From Microcoleus sp. (lineage in GTDB: Bacteria; Cyanobacteriota; Cyanobacteriia; Cyanobacteriales; Microcoleaceae), in the NCBI GenBank assembly GCA_042408215.1, contig JAYFMW010000006.1:96001-160000 (forward strand): 64,000 nucleotides of DNA, given 5' to 3'. Positions 62,604 to 64,000 of this stretch are shown one piece after another. A model generated the notes under the pieces. The model was not told where the DNA came from and made no database searches. It saw nothing but the letters and a program-made list of their open reading frames with translations. The position numbers and the translations under genes are program-made. The first letter of the stretch is position 1. Each line of letters opens with the position of its first letter.

Positions 62604-63557
62604 ATGACATCAACACTTTACCAGCAAATTCAGCAATTTTACGACGCTTCTAGCGGTCTGTGGGAACAGGTGTGGGGCGAACATATGCACCACGGTTACT
62701 ACGGCCCGGATGGAAACTTAAAGAAAGAACGGCGACAAGCTCAGATAGATTTGATCGAAGAACTGCTGGACTGGGCTGGAGTACCTGACGGGAAAGAACT
62801 CCCAGAATCTTACCGCATTCTGGATGTAGGTTGCGGGATCGGTGGCAGTACGTTATATTTGACCGAAAAGTTGAGTTCTGCTCCTGAAAATAATTTAAGG
62901 TTAGATGGCGGGGCCGATCGCAATTTTAGTCGATCGCCTGGACAAGATCAAACGGACACTAGGGTTACAGCTACCGGCATTACTCTGAGTCCGGTACAGG
63001 CGAACAGAGCAACGGAACGCGCTAAAATTGCTGGGCTGGAAAGCAATGTTAACTTTTTGGTAGCAGATGCTTTGAATATGCCGTTTCCTGACGAGTCCTT
63101 CGACTTGGTTTGGTCGCTGGAGAGCGGCGAACATATGCCTGATAAAATTAAGTTTTTGCAGGAATGTTACCGCGTGCTCAAGCCGGGGGGAACTTTGATT
63201 TTGGCGACTTGGTGTCACCGCCCGGTGGGAGAAACGGCGGGAGAATTGACAGATGCAGAGAGAAAGGAGTTGGCAGAAATTTACCGGGTTTATGCTTTAC
63301 CTTACGTGATTTCTTTGCCGGAATACGAGGAAATTACTCGCAGTTTGCCTTTTGCAAGTATTCGCACTGCTGACTGGTCAAAAGCTGTGGCTCCTTTTTG
63401 GGATATTGTGATCGATTCGGCTTTTACTCCGAGCGCGATTTGGGGTTTGCTGACTAGCGGTTGGACGACGATTCAAGCTGCACTTTCCCTCGGCTTGATG
63501 AGTCGGGGATATCAGAGCGGATTGATTCGTTTCGGGTTGATTTGTGCTGTAAAGTAA
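62604..63557 (+). CDS. SAM-dependent methyltransferase, gamma-tocopherol methyltransferase-like
   Basis: WEQVWGEHMHHGYY, LDVGCGIGGS, SLESGEHMPDK, ATWCHR. Confidence 0.85.
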   Translation: MTSTLYQQIQQFYDASSGLWEQVWGEHMHHGYYGPDGNLKKERRQAQIDLIEELLDWAGVPDGKELPESYRILDVGCGIGGSTLYLTEKLSSAPENNLRLDGGADRNFSRSPGQDQTDTRVTATGITLSPVQANRATERAKIAGLESNVNFLVADALNMPFPDESFDLVWSLESGEHMPDKIKFLQECYRVLKPGGTLILATWCHRPVGETAGELTDAERKELAEIYRVYALPYVISLPEYEEITRSLPFASIRTADWSKAVAPFWDIVIDSAFTPSAIWGLLTSGWTTIQAALSLGLMSRGYQSGLIRFGLICAVK

Positions 63558-63635
63558 ATCAGATGTTGAAGGAAGAAGGATGAGGGATGAGGCTGGTCAT
63601 TGGTGTACAATTAGCGTCAAAAGTAGTATCAGTAT

Positions 63636-63945
63636 AACGTCTGACGATTAGCCTCTCGATCCCCCCTAACCCCCCTTAAAAAGGGGGGGAACCGGAGCAT
63701 TCAGAGTCAACCCCTACTCACACCCTACTCTCTTATTAAGGGGGATGCGAGGGGGATCGAGATTCGACTAAAAACGTCTGACGATTAGCCTCTCGATCCC
63801 CCCTAACCCCCCTTAAAAAGGGGGGAACCGGAGCATTCAGAGTCAACCCCTACTCACACCCTACTCTCTTATTAAGGGGGATGCGAGGGGGATCGAGATT
63901 CGACTACAAGCGACATCGATCGTGGGTTTAAGTCTTAAGTTGACA
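63636..63945. repeat. MITE-like element with internal 137-bp tandem duplication
   Basis: aacgtctgacgattagcctctcgatcccccc... at 63636 and 63773; ends in cttaagttgaca. Confidence 0.8.
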
Positions 63946-64000
63946 GCAATGGTGCGTACTGTACACCCTACTTTTGGAAAAAAATATTTTGGGGGCATTT

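Overview
Chromosomal window from a filamentous cyanobacterium. An Oscillatoriales/Microcoleus-like source is inferred from abundant HIP1 (GCGATCGC) sites, heptamer STRR arrays and gene content. Core genes: purC-bamA-lpxC-fabZ-lpxA-lpxB plus a C5 methyltransferase, a response regulator/hybrid kinase pair, an ArsA/GET3 ATPase, icd, ahcY, Ktr/Trk K+ uptake genes and a tocopherol methyltransferase. Accessory DNA: (1) a promoter-driven orphan tnpB 3' end that looks like a stand-alone omegaRNA; (2) an IS630 whose right terminal inverted repeat is split by an ORF-less group II intron, with further empty target sites in MITEs; (3) a five-gene operon of CBM48-like/gluconate-2-dehydrogenase subunit 3 fusion, GMC oxidoreductase, two cupins and a GH13 enzyme, suggesting an unfamiliar cytoplasmic alpha-glucan oxidation pathway; (4) two tnpA-less TnpB elements with divergent ribbon-helix-helix mini-genes; (5) an integrase-less attC cluster with three BrnT-type toxin-antitoxin pairs and a Tat-lipoprotein agmatine deiminase cassette; (6) an HTH-DUF1822 / CHAT-STAND-TM-WD40-PDZ pair facing a three-gene AAA+ operon across a duplicated operator-like repeat. 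Several +1 frameshifts, including in lpxC and bamA, are probably sequencing errors. All family calls come from motif recognition by eye; no searches were run.
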